A stretch of 64,000 nt of DNA. Source: a virus. Where the stretch lies: IMG/VR virus record IMGVR_UViG_3300035703_000022, positions 64,001-128,000 of that record. One strand, given 5' to 3'. The position numbers and the translations under genes were made by a program. Positions 20,164 to 27,267 of the stretch are shown in pieces; within the stretch, counting starts at the first letter, position 1; each line of letters starts with the position of its first letter. A model generated the notes under the pieces. That model saw only the letters and a program-made list of their open reading frames with translations. It searched no databases and had not been told where the DNA came from.

Positions 20164-21122
20164 CTAATGATCCTTTTTGTCAAATGGCTGCCAATGTTGC
20201 CAGTTATACTTGTGAATTGCCCAGATACCCATGATAGGCAAAACAACTAAGAGATATCCAATAATACCTAATGTATAAGGATTTTCAAGTACCCATCGTG
20301 CAAAATGTGTCATCAGTTTCATTGTGGATATGCGTTATGAAGACCCCAGTAAATAAAGGTCGCAATAGAACTAAAAAGTAAAAGTGAAGATATAAGTGTG
20401 TGCATTACATTCCTCCGTTTCTAAATCCGACTATGTAACCGATAATGAGCCCACACATAAAGGAAACAAACATATACAAAATGTGAGAAACAAATTCAAT
20501 AAAAATTAACCAATCAGTCGTCGTCATCGTCTTCATAAGTAGATGGTTCTTCAAAGAGTTCTTCCATTTTTTGATGCAAAACTCTTTCTTGCAGTTCTTT
20601 TAAATCGTCCTCTGTGATCATTTGTCCTTTAAAAGTTCTTCGATTCTTTTACGCATATTTGTACTATCTTGTTTCATATAGTCACGAATAGAATAACCAC
20701 GTTGATTTCTCAGAATGCATGTTCCTTGATAAAACATTGTGGCAGCAAATACTAACAACAACACAATACCAATTATTTCAGGGTAATGTTGAGCCATGGT
20801 AGTACAGGTGGAATAACGCCTATAAGTCTCAACAATCCTTCAGCAAATAAAGCAAGGACAACCCAACCAACGCACATACTAATAATGGAAGCATTCCGAT
20901 TGTGCCTTCGTATAGCAGCATCAATCATCTCCTGAACTTCAGAACGTGTAATAAATTCTTCCTGTTCGTGCATCATTTCTCATCTCCAAGAAATTTTGCT
21001 AAAGGATCTCTCCTTGTTTTTACAATTTCAACTGCTCTTTTATAGAACATATTATCAGTGTTACCAGAGGTTTCAAAAGTTGCCTTGATCTTCACCCAAT
21101 TATCATAGGTACGATCGTCCAT
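20164..21122 (-). other. Run of seven overlapping small ORFs, mostly membrane peptides (20164-20322, 20319-20405, 20405-20527, 20514-20621, 20618-20797, 20773-20976, 20973-21122)
   Basis: Manual translation; ATGA/TAATG coupling; hydrophobic helices. Confidence 0.65.
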
Positions 21123-21236
21123 ACTGCCATTGAATTGTACATAATTATATACTAATCACGGAAGCTCTAAAGGCAACCTTATGTGTTCAACTCGTAACAC
21201 TCATTAAGTAATAATTAAATTTGTAGTAATTTTAAA

Positions 21237-21321
21237 CGGAAAGGAGAGGATTCGAACCTCCGGATGCTTTCACATCGACTGTTTTCAAGACAGTTGCCTT
21301 AAACCACTCGGCCACCTTTCC
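21237..21321 (-). tRNA. tRNA-Ser (TGA)
   Basis: Cloverleaf with long variable arm. Confidence 0.93.
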
Positions 21322-21324
21322 ATA

Positions 21325-21413
21325 CGGAGAATGTTGGATTCGAACCAACGGAGAAGTGTAAACTCCTCAAGAACTTAGCAGGTTCCCGCCTTAAACCACT
21401 CGGCCAATTCTCC
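21325..21413 (-). tRNA. tRNA-Ser (GCT)
   Basis: Cloverleaf with long variable arm. Confidence 0.93.
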
Positions 21414-21664
21414 TATCGGATTTCAAAATCCAGTTTACGAACTTTACGGGCTCGTCTGGACTCTTGGAAAGCAAGTTCAGATGGACTGAATAGACTATCT
21501 TTCTTATTTTCCTTTATTGAGTTTAACATAACAACTTGATTTAGGTCAACAGCAGTGATAGTGTCTCCCTTTACAAGTGTCATATTATCACATCCACAAC
21601 ATACTGATTTTGTTGGATGCGACTCCAACTCGGTGTTACACACCTTACATCTTACTTTTAACAT
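21413..21664 (-). CDS. Small Cys-rich (Zn-ribbon-like) hypothetical protein
   Basis: CKVC...CCGC. Confidence 0.7.
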   Translation of the reverse strand: MLKVRCKVCNTELESHPTKSVCCGCDNMTLVKGDTITAVDLNQVVMLNSIKENKKDSLFSPSELAFQESRRARKVRKLDFEIR

Positions 21665-21680
21665 TGTTCAATACCGTAAA

Positions 21681-22202
21681 TTAATCTTCAGTTGTTTCTT
21701 CTATTTGAATTTCAGGTTCTTCTTGTTCTAGAGTTTCTTCAACTTCTTCTTTTGCGAGTCCTGGAGAGGATTCAAGATAAGATCTTAACATCCAAACAAA
21801 TTTTCCGTGAGACTCATTTAGATCATCTGCAAGATTTGAAGTTGCTCTGGACTTCTGAGCATCTGCTTCCTCAGCAACTTCAGTAAATAAATTACACAGA
21901 TCTTGATTTGATTTTAACAGATCTCTAGCCATTTTATGACAATCTGTTGTACTTTGTCCAGTTTTTACTTTGGAAACTTCTACAATTCTCTCTAAACTAT
22001 TAAGTGGTTTTACATTTAAAAATCTCATGTGTTCGGAGATACGATCAATCTCTTCAAACATGGTTTCATACTGATCACCAAAGAGAGTATGAAGTTGTGG
22101 AAAATCTTCCCCTACTACATTCCAATGATAAGCCCAAGTCTTATGAAATAAGACAAAGAGAGACGCTTGTGCATCACTTAGTAGTTTAAAAAGTTTTTCC
22201 AT
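21681..22202 (-). CDS. dps: Dps family ferritin-like protein
   Basis: HWNVVG.DFPQLH.LF.DQY...IDRISE...HGKFVWML; acidic tail. Confidence 0.9.
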   Translation of the reverse strand: MEKLFKLLSDAQASLFVLFHKTWAYHWNVVGEDFPQLHTLFGDQYETMFEEIDRISEHMRFLNVKPLNSLERIVEVSKVKTGQSTTDCHKMARDLLKSNQDLCNLFTEVAEEADAQKSRATSNLADDLNESHGKFVWMLRSYLESSPGLAKEEVEETLEQEEPEIQIEETTED

Positions 22203-22233
22203 TATACCAAAATACTTTAGAAGTATTTATTAA

Positions 22234-22305
22234 TGGGAAATATCGGATTCGAACCAATGACTTACTGCTTGTAAGGCAGTCACTCTACCGCTGAGTTAAT
22301 CTCCC
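22234..22305 (-). tRNA. tRNA-Val (TAC)
   Basis: Cloverleaf; ACTGC-CTTACAA-GCAGT. Confidence 0.93.
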
Positions 22306-22308
22306 GAG

Positions 22309-22379
22309 AGCGGGTAACCGGATTTGAACCGGTGAGAACAACTTGGAAGGATGTCATGTTACCGCTACATCATACCCGC
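22309..22379 (-). tRNA. tRNA-Gly (TCC)
   Basis: Cloverleaf; loop CTTCCAA. Confidence 0.9.
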
Positions 22380-22419
22380 TTATATACCAATCATAAACTA
22401 TTTAAGTTTGATTGGCAAG

Positions 22420-22502
22420 TGCTCCAGAGAAGATTTGAACTTCCACGCTTTTTAAGGCGGCGGATTCTAAGTCCGCTGTGTCTACCGTTCCACCACTGAA
22501 GC
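22420..22502 (-). tRNA. tRNA-Leu (TAG)
   Basis: Cloverleaf with long variable arm. Confidence 0.92.
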
Positions 22503-22504
22503 TA

Positions 22505-22655
22505 ATGAGTAGTGAGTGCCCACCACTCGCGGAAGACACTCTCCGCAACTAACGGGGGTGATCAAATCCCCGACCTAAGAAAACTTAGGATTTAGTGAGT
22601 CGGATATGATGATCCCGACTCGTATGAAAGACCCGAACATTTCCAGACCTTTCAA
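22505..22655 (-). ncRNA. Multi-hairpin ncRNA between tRNAs, possibly the manA motif
   Basis: Six consecutive hairpins, e.g. GAGTCGG/CCGACTC, CCTAAG/CTTAGG, GCGGA/TCCGC; the family call is from memory. Confidence 0.55.
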
Positions 22656-22728
22656 CTCCCCCACCTGGACTCGAACCAGGAACCCCAGAGTTAACAGCTC
22701 CGTGCTCTGCCAATTGAGCTATAAGGGA
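22656..22728 (-). tRNA. tRNA-Asn (GTT)
   Basis: Cloverleaf; loop CTGTTAA. Confidence 0.92.
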
Positions 22729-22731
22729 ATG

Positions 22732-22806
22732 TGGTGGCGGGGGGAGGAATTGAACCTCCTTCCTGAAGCTTATGAGACTTCTGTGCAACCGTTACACTTC
22801 CCCACG
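22732..22806 (-). tRNA. tRNA-Met (CAT), initiator-like 1:72 mismatch, CCA encoded
   Basis: Cloverleaf; GAAGT-CTCATAA-GCTTC. Confidence 0.85.
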
Positions 22807-22870
22807 ATGATGGATTAAGTGTGATACACCTCATAAGGATGTAACAGGGACTTAACCTCTATCAATGTAT

Positions 22871-22899
22871 ATAGTAACAAACTTTTGTAAGTTTGTCAA
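22871..22899 (-). promoter_or_regulatory. sigma70 promoter starting a new unit after the 15-tRNA array
   Basis: TTGACA-17-TACTAT. Confidence 0.75.
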
Positions 22900-22900
22900 G

Positions 22901-22974
22901 CGTCCTCTGCAAGATTCGAACTTGCGACTTCTTGGTTCGTAGCCAAGCACTCTGGTCCACTGAGTTAAGAGGAC
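22901..22974 (-). tRNA. tRNA-Arg (ACG)
   Basis: Cloverleaf; CTTGG-CTACGAA-CCAAG. Confidence 0.93.
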
Positions 22975-22978
22975 AAGG

Positions 22979-23049
22979 CGAAGGATGAGGGACTTGAACC
23001 CCCACTAACGGTTTTGGAGACCGTCGTGCTACCATTACACCAATCCAAC
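22979..23049 (-). tRNA. tRNA-Trp (CCA)
   Basis: ACGGT-CTCCAAA-ACCGT; two U-U mismatches in the acceptor stem. Confidence 0.82.
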
Positions 23050-23053
23050 AAGG

Positions 23054-23126
23054 TGTCCGTGAGAGGATTCGAACCTCTAACACCTACCCCCTCAAGATAG
23101 TGCCTCTTCCATTGGGCTACACGGAC
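23054..23126 (-). tRNA. tRNA-Leu (GAG), short variable loop
   Basis: CTATC-TTGAGGG-GGTAG; A73. Confidence 0.82.
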
Positions 23127-23129
23127 TGG

Positions 23130-23200
23130 CTGAGAAACTAGGACTCGAACCTAGATAAACTCCTTCAAAGGGAGGTGTCCTACCATTAGACGATTTCTCA
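23130..23200 (-). tRNA. tRNA-Gln (TTG)
   Basis: Cloverleaf; U1-A72, loop CTTTGAA. Confidence 0.9.
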
Positions 23201-23205
23201 ATAGG

Positions 23206-23281
23206 AGTTCAGGGTGGGATTCGAACCCACGGTGATAGAAGTTTTGCAGACTTCTGCATTCGACCACTCTGCCACCTGAAC
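23206..23281 (-). tRNA. tRNA-Cys (GCA)
   Basis: GAAGT-CTGCAAA-ACTTC; U73. Confidence 0.92.
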
Positions 23282-23285
23282 TAAG

Positions 23286-23357
23286 AGCCCTCAGTCGGAT
23301 TTGAACCAACGACCTACTCATTACTAGTGAGTTGCTCTACCTCTGAGCTATAAGGGC
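23286..23357 (-). tRNA. tRNA-Thr (AGT)
   Basis: ACTCA-CTAGTAA-TGAGT. Confidence 0.9.
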
Positions 23358-23359
23358 GG

Positions 23360-23430
23360 GGTGTCGTGAGGGAATCGAACCCTCATATAGAGAACCACAA
23401 TCTCCTGTCTTACCATTAGACTAACGACAC
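23360..23430 (-). tRNA. tRNA-His (GTG)
   Basis: GGAGA-TTGTGGT-TCTCT; C73. Confidence 0.9.
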
Positions 23431-23431
23431 A

Positions 23432-23503
23432 AGGCAGTGGGTAGAATTGAACTACCGACATAGAGGGTATGAATCTCTTGTTCTACCACTGAACTACACT
23501 GCC
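23432..23503 (-). tRNA. tRNA-Met (CAT)
   Basis: Cloverleaf; loop TTCATAC. Confidence 0.88.
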
Positions 23504-23507
23504 AAAG

Positions 23508-23579
23508 TGGAACCGACAAGATTTGAACTTGTGACCGCTCGGTTATCAGCCGAGTGCTCTACCGCTGAGCTACGATTCC
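23508..23579 (-). tRNA. tRNA-Ile (GAT)
   Basis: CTCGG-CTGATAA-CCGAG. Confidence 0.93.
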
Positions 23580-23583
23580 AGAG

Positions 23584-23657
23584 AGGGAACAATCGGATTT
23601 GAACCGATAACACCATGATCTTCAATCATGTGCTCTACCAATTGGAGCTATGTTCCC
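23584..23657 (-). tRNA. tRNA-Phe (GAA)
   Basis: CATGA-TTGAAGA-TCATG. Confidence 0.92.
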
Positions 23658-23660
23658 AAG

Positions 23661-23734
23661 TCCAGATGAAAGGATTTGAACCTCCGACAACTCCGCCCCA
23701 AACGGAGGGCTCTACCAAACTGAGCTACATCTGG
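23661..23734 (-). tRNA. tRNA-Pro (TGG), second divergent copy
   Basis: CTCCG-TTTGGGG-CGGAG. Confidence 0.9.
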
Positions 23735-23735
23735 T

Positions 23736-23810
23736 TGGTATTCCTAACGGGATTCGAACCCGTGCTGCCACCTTGAAAGGGTGGTGACCTAACCGCTAGT
23801 CGATAGGAAC
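23736..23810 (-). tRNA. tRNA-Glu (TTC), CCA encoded
   Basis: CCACC-CTTTCAA-GGTGG. Confidence 0.93.
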
Positions 23811-23815
23811 TTGAT

Positions 23816-24007
23816 GGGAGGGGTATCCCACACGAAGTCACTTATGGATTACGCTTCGTAGCCTTATGAATCCTGCCATCATCCGATGGTGGTTAGAAAT
23901 CCCTCCCCAATTCCAGTTCTTGCTACGTCATTCCTTACCTAACTGGCAACATTCAGGATGACGTGCTACAACCGCCAAGGAGGGACACTCCATCAGCAGC
24001 GTAGCAA
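23816..24007 (-). ncRNA. Two unassigned structured RNAs inside the tRNA array
   Basis: Closing stems TTGCTACG/CGTAGCAA (23920-24007) and GGGAGGG/CCCTCCC (23816-23908) with internal hairpins. Confidence 0.5.
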
Positions 24008-24081
24008 CGACCCATACGGGATTCGAACCCGTGATCTCCACCGTGACAGGGTGGCGTGATAATCCTCTACACTAATGGGTC
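24008..24081 (-). tRNA. tRNA-Asp (GTC)
   Basis: CCACC-CTGTCAC-GGTGG. Confidence 0.93.
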
Positions 24082-24085
24082 AAGG

Positions 24086-24167
24086 TGGGAGGAACAGGAT
24101 TTGAACCTGTGAAGGCAGAGCCGTCTGATTTACAGTCAGATTCCTTTAACCACTCGGAAATCCTCCC
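24086..24167 (-). tRNA. tRNA-Tyr (GTA)
   Basis: TCTGA-CTGTAAA-TCAGA; long variable arm. Confidence 0.93.
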
Positions 24168-24171
24168 ACGA

Positions 24172-24243
24172 TGGGACATCTCGGATTCGAACCGAGGACT
24201 AACCGGTTAAAAGCCGGATACTCTACCGCTGAGTTAATGTCCC
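24172..24243 (-). tRNA. tRNA-Lys (TTT)
   Basis: Cloverleaf; loop CTTTTAA. Confidence 0.92.
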
Positions 24244-24254
24244 AAAGAATTAAA

Positions 24255-24289
24255 TTTTCAAGGTTCGGAGTGTGGTCTCTCTCGACCAC
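24255..24289 (-). promoter_or_regulatory. boxB hairpin + boxA (rrn-type antitermination signal)
   Basis: GTGGTC-GAGAGA-GACCAC followed by GAACCTTGAAAA. Confidence 0.65.
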
Positions 24290-24359
24290 TTGGCTAGAAT
24301 ACCACCGTTTGATCTCTGGAGGGAGGTTGGTGGACACTTAGAAAACTGTCACAGACAAC

Positions 24360-24396
24360 AAAAAAGGGGAGGAAACTTTTTGGTTTCTCTCCCCTT
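24360..24396 (-). terminator. Intrinsic terminator (attenuator 3:4 stem)
   Basis: AAGGGGAGAGAAAC-CAAAAA-GTTTCCTCCCCTTTTTT. Confidence 0.85.
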
Positions 24397-24421
24397 CTTT
24401 TGCTTTTATGAATTAAACATC

Positions 24422-24520
24422 TTACATATGTCTATCCATATCCGCAAACAGGGGAGTACCCTCAATATGCCAATAGCGGCAATCGAGAATAGTAAACTGT
24501 TTGGGCATTGGATAAGACAT
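24422..24520 (-). CDS. Putative leader peptide of the tRNA array (32 aa, MSYPMPKQFTILDCRYWHIEGTPLFADMDRHM)
   Basis: Manual translation; AGG SD-like site; between a promoter and a terminator. Confidence 0.75.
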   Translation of the reverse strand: MSYPMPKQFTILDCRYWHIEGTPLFADMDRHM

Positions 24521-24541
24521 TGTTTTCGACCTAAGTGTTTT

Positions 24542-24572
24542 TATTTATAAGACTTTTTTGTTTAAAAGTCAA
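24542..24572 (-). promoter_or_regulatory. Composite promoter TTGACT-17-TATAAA overlapping a T4 late TATAAATA
   Basis: Read directly from sequence. Confidence 0.75.
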
Positions 24573-24645
24573 CAGGCACGGCTGGACTCGAACCAGCAAT
24601 CGGCAGCTTAGAAGGCTGATGCATTATCCATTATGCTACGTGCCC
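24573..24645 (-). tRNA. tRNA-Arg (TCT)
   Basis: Loop CTTCTAA; own TTGACA-17-TATGAT promoter. Confidence 0.9.
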
Positions 24646-24682
24646 ACAAGACAATCATACCATTAAAAGGTCGGATTGTCAA

Positions 24683-24769
24683 CGGAGAAAGAGGGATTCG
24701 AACCCTCGGTGAAGTTACCCCCACACAGACTTTCCAGGTCTGCTCCTTAAACCACTCGGACACCTCTCC
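24683..24769 (-). tRNA. tRNA-Ser (GGA)
   Basis: CAGAC-CTGGAAA-GTCTG; long arm; own TTGACA-17-TATAGT promoter. Confidence 0.93.
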
Positions 24770-24829
24770 ATATTTAGACTATAGAATGGGGGAGGAATAT
24801 TGTCAACCCCTCCCTCCTATTCTATTGTA

Positions 24830-25495
24830 TCAAACTTCTACCGTGATCAGTCGGTTAGCATATTCATGAGCATATGATGTACGGGCACCATGAATGCCCC
24901 AACCAATCCAACTATACGCATAGTTCATGTAACGGTCGATAGACTTACCAGGAGTTTTCATCCTATCTTCGATACGTTTCCATTGAACTTCAGTTGTTAG
25001 ATAACGAAGTTGCGTTGGAAGTGTTGATGGAGAACCACCAAACTTCTTAGCAAATTCACCCAATCCATAATAACGATCGGCAGATGTCCATTGGATCAGA
25101 CCATAACCACGTCCGCAGTGATGGTACTGAGTCCTACTACCACCTTCACAAATATTAGGCACGAACATAGATTCCTGCTTAATATTGCCCAGGATAGTAG
25201 CAAGGGCGTTTCTGTCTTTAATACCACGATCCTGGAAATAATCCAAGGTAGCATTCTCATATTCATTACACCCTTTACAAATAAGCCTTTTCTCTTTTGG
25301 CTTTGGTAGTGCAACCTCGCGGATTGCTGTCTTCTGATCATTAACAAGATCAAATTCCTTAATAACGGAAAAGGGCGCTTGTCCTGAAACAGGAGGTGGC
25401 GGCCCTTGCATCTTGTAATTCTGGAATGGCAGTGATGCCGTATTGGTTGTAACCATCGCTACAAGAGGAACGGCTACAGTAAAGAAGTTTAGCAT
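24830..25495 (-). CDS. Phage tail lysozyme-like protein with hydrophobic N-terminus
   Basis: ALATILGNIKQES...GYGLIQWT; start set at MLNFF. Confidence 0.75.
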   Translation of the reverse strand: MLNFFTVAVPLVAMVTTNTASLPFQNYKMQGPPPPVSGQAPFSVIKEFDLVNDQKTAIREVALPKPKEKRLICKGCNEYENATLDYFQDRGIKDRNALATILGNIKQESMFVPNICEGGSRTQYHHCGRGYGLIQWTSADRYYGLGEFAKKFGGSPSTLPTQLRYLTTEVQWKRIEDRMKTPGKSIDRYMNYAYSWIGWGIHGARTSYAHEYANRLITVEV

Positions 25496-25922
25496 TAAAT
25501 TTAATTGAACTCTACATCCGTATAGAAAGGGGGTACACCCTTTTCTCAAAGGGCACTTTCCACGGCTCTAAATGTCACCTCAAAATCTCATTATAAGAAA
25601 ACCCACATAAGTGGGCTTTTTTCATTATAAGTTTTTATTTAGGTTTTGTCAATTATTCGGTCAACATGGCTTCACGAAACTCCTCATAAACCGCACAGGC
25701 ATTAAGATAATCACCCATCTCTGCGAGATAATGAAGGCGATCAATAATACTATCTTTGAGGTTTTCAGCTTGATCAATCATTTGATGTTCCATGAAAGTA
25801 ATCCTTCCTGTAGTGACGACCGAGTACTTTTTTATTCTAGTATCTGGGTTTCAAAATGTCAAGTGTTACATTTTAAAACCAACATTCATAAATAACTGTG
25901 GTCATTAAATACCAAAAGAACA

Positions 25923-26384
25923 ATGAAAAGATTACTTCTAATCTCTTCGTTATTCTTTATCACTCCTGTAAGTGCTGCTGAAATTACATCAAGAATTACT
26001 GATTCTGTTCAATTGGGTGTACAGGGCGCAGCGGTCCAATCAACAAGAATTGGGGCATCATATTCTGCCTCAGGAACAAATATTCAAGCAACATCATTTG
26101 GCGGTGTAAATGGTGCTGGAACTTATGATATCAATACAGCAGGTCAAGCATTTACTTTCTCAGAAAGTTTCAATGCTGCTGATACACCAGTCACCACTCA
26201 GTCGGTCAGTGGTGGAGTTATTGCTTCTCCCAACCTTTATGGGGATAGTGTTACTCAGTTAGCAGGAGACAAAGGTTCTCTCGCTGGTACATTATCACCT
26301 ACTGGTGTTCCTACCGTAACTGCTGGTGGTCCTGGTACTACAGCAACTGCACAACGTAGCATTGAGTTGAGCGTATTCAAATGA
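25923..26384 (+). CDS. Secreted/structural hypothetical protein
   Basis: Signal peptide; Gly/Thr/Ser-rich. Confidence 0.8.
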   Translation: MKRLLLISSLFFITPVSAAEITSRITDSVQLGVQGAAVQSTRIGASYSASGTNIQATSFGGVNGAGTYDINTAGQAFTFSESFNAADTPVTTQSVSGGVIASPNLYGDSVTQLAGDKGSLAGTLSPTGVPTVTAGGPGTTATAQRSIELSVFK

Positions 26385-26740
26385 GACATATCCTAGCAGG
26401 GTTATTCCTGCTAGGGTTTTCTTGTCCTGCCCTAGCAGAAAGTGTTGTACCCAATTTTACAAGGGGTACAATCAATGCGACTACAGAATCTGTCACAAAA
26501 GTGATAGAAACAATTCGCCAAGTTGAATACACAACTGGCACATCTTATACTGTATCTGGAACTAATATCAACATTCCTGGAAGACCAACTCAGGATTCAA
26601 ATTATAGTATCATGACTCAGGGTGCTCCATTCCAGTTCAGTGAAACCTATCTTGGCCCTGGAGTGGCAAAAGAAACATGGATAGATCGCACTACAGAAAC
26701 TCAATCAACCACTACATCAATCTCTGTCTTTACGCAGTGA
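26381..26740 (+). CDS. Secreted hypothetical protein
   Basis: Signal peptide ending ALA; coupled start. Confidence 0.8.
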   Translation: MRHILAGLFLLGFSCPALAESVVPNFTRGTINATTESVTKVIETIRQVEYTTGTSYTVSGTNINIPGRPTQDSNYSIMTQGAPFQFSETYLGPGVAKETWIDRTTETQSTTTSISVFTQ

Positions 26741-27267
26741 TTAGTTGTGGAACATTACCAGTTCTCGCGCAAAGTACTCCCGCTCCTTCTAATACTAACA
26801 TTGCTGGTCCTAGCGCCTCTGCCACTGGCAATGTTACTAATCAAGCAGTACAAGTACTACAAGGACCATATGCAGTCAACACATATGGTGGAGGAGTTAG
26901 TTGTCAAGGAGCAACATTCAGTGTCTCCCCATTTTTAATGAACAGTGGAAATAACAGTGATGACCCAGAAACATTCGCTTCACGAAATGGCAGTTGGGGC
27001 ATCTCTGCTGGTTTGAATATTCCGTTAGATGGAAGTTTAATGAACTTGTGTAGAAAAAGAGCAGAAACTGAAATTGCTAGACAGCAAGCAGAAACTGATA
27101 AGGCAAGATTAGATTTTGAACTCGTAAGATTATTAAAATGTGGTGAAGCATATAAGAATGGAGTAATGTTCCATCCAGAAAGTCCTTACTATAAGATCTG
27201 TGCAGATATTGTTGTGAAATACCCAAAGGTTGAGGACGTGGTAAATGGAACCAATAAAACCAATTGA
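26677..27267 (+). CDS. Secreted hypothetical protein
   Basis: ORF in plus-strand operon; several Cys; start uncertain. Confidence 0.75.
   Translation: MDRSHYRNSINHYINLCLYAVISCGTLPVLAQSTPAPSNTNIAGPSASATGNVTNQAVQVLQGPYAVNTYGGGVSCQGATFSVSPFLMNSGNNSDDPETFASRNGSWGISAGLNIPLDGSLMNLCRKRAETEIARQQAETDKARLDFELVRLLKCGEAYKNGVMFHPESPYYKICADIVVKYPKVEDVVNGTNKTN

Noticed and set aside
22810-22860. Hairpin between the 22871 promoter and tRNA-Met
   Set aside because: A single imperfect stem; too little evidence to call an ncRNA.
22901-24520. Colinearity between leader codon order and tRNA gene order
   Set aside because: The sets match but the orders do not.
19689-24769. CRISPR-like recurring GGTTCGAA motifs
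   Set aside because: These are tRNA T-loops; no constant repeat-spacer period and no cas genes.
19689-24769. Suppressor or Sec tRNA, or genetic-code reassignment
   Set aside because: No CTA, TTA or TCA anticodon among the 27 tRNAs; genes read normally in code 11.
22585-24869. ORF-track ORFs across the tRNA region (22585, 22606, 22862, 24146, 24272, 24633)
   Set aside because: They overlap tRNA genes or are antisense to the leader, with no protein-like features.
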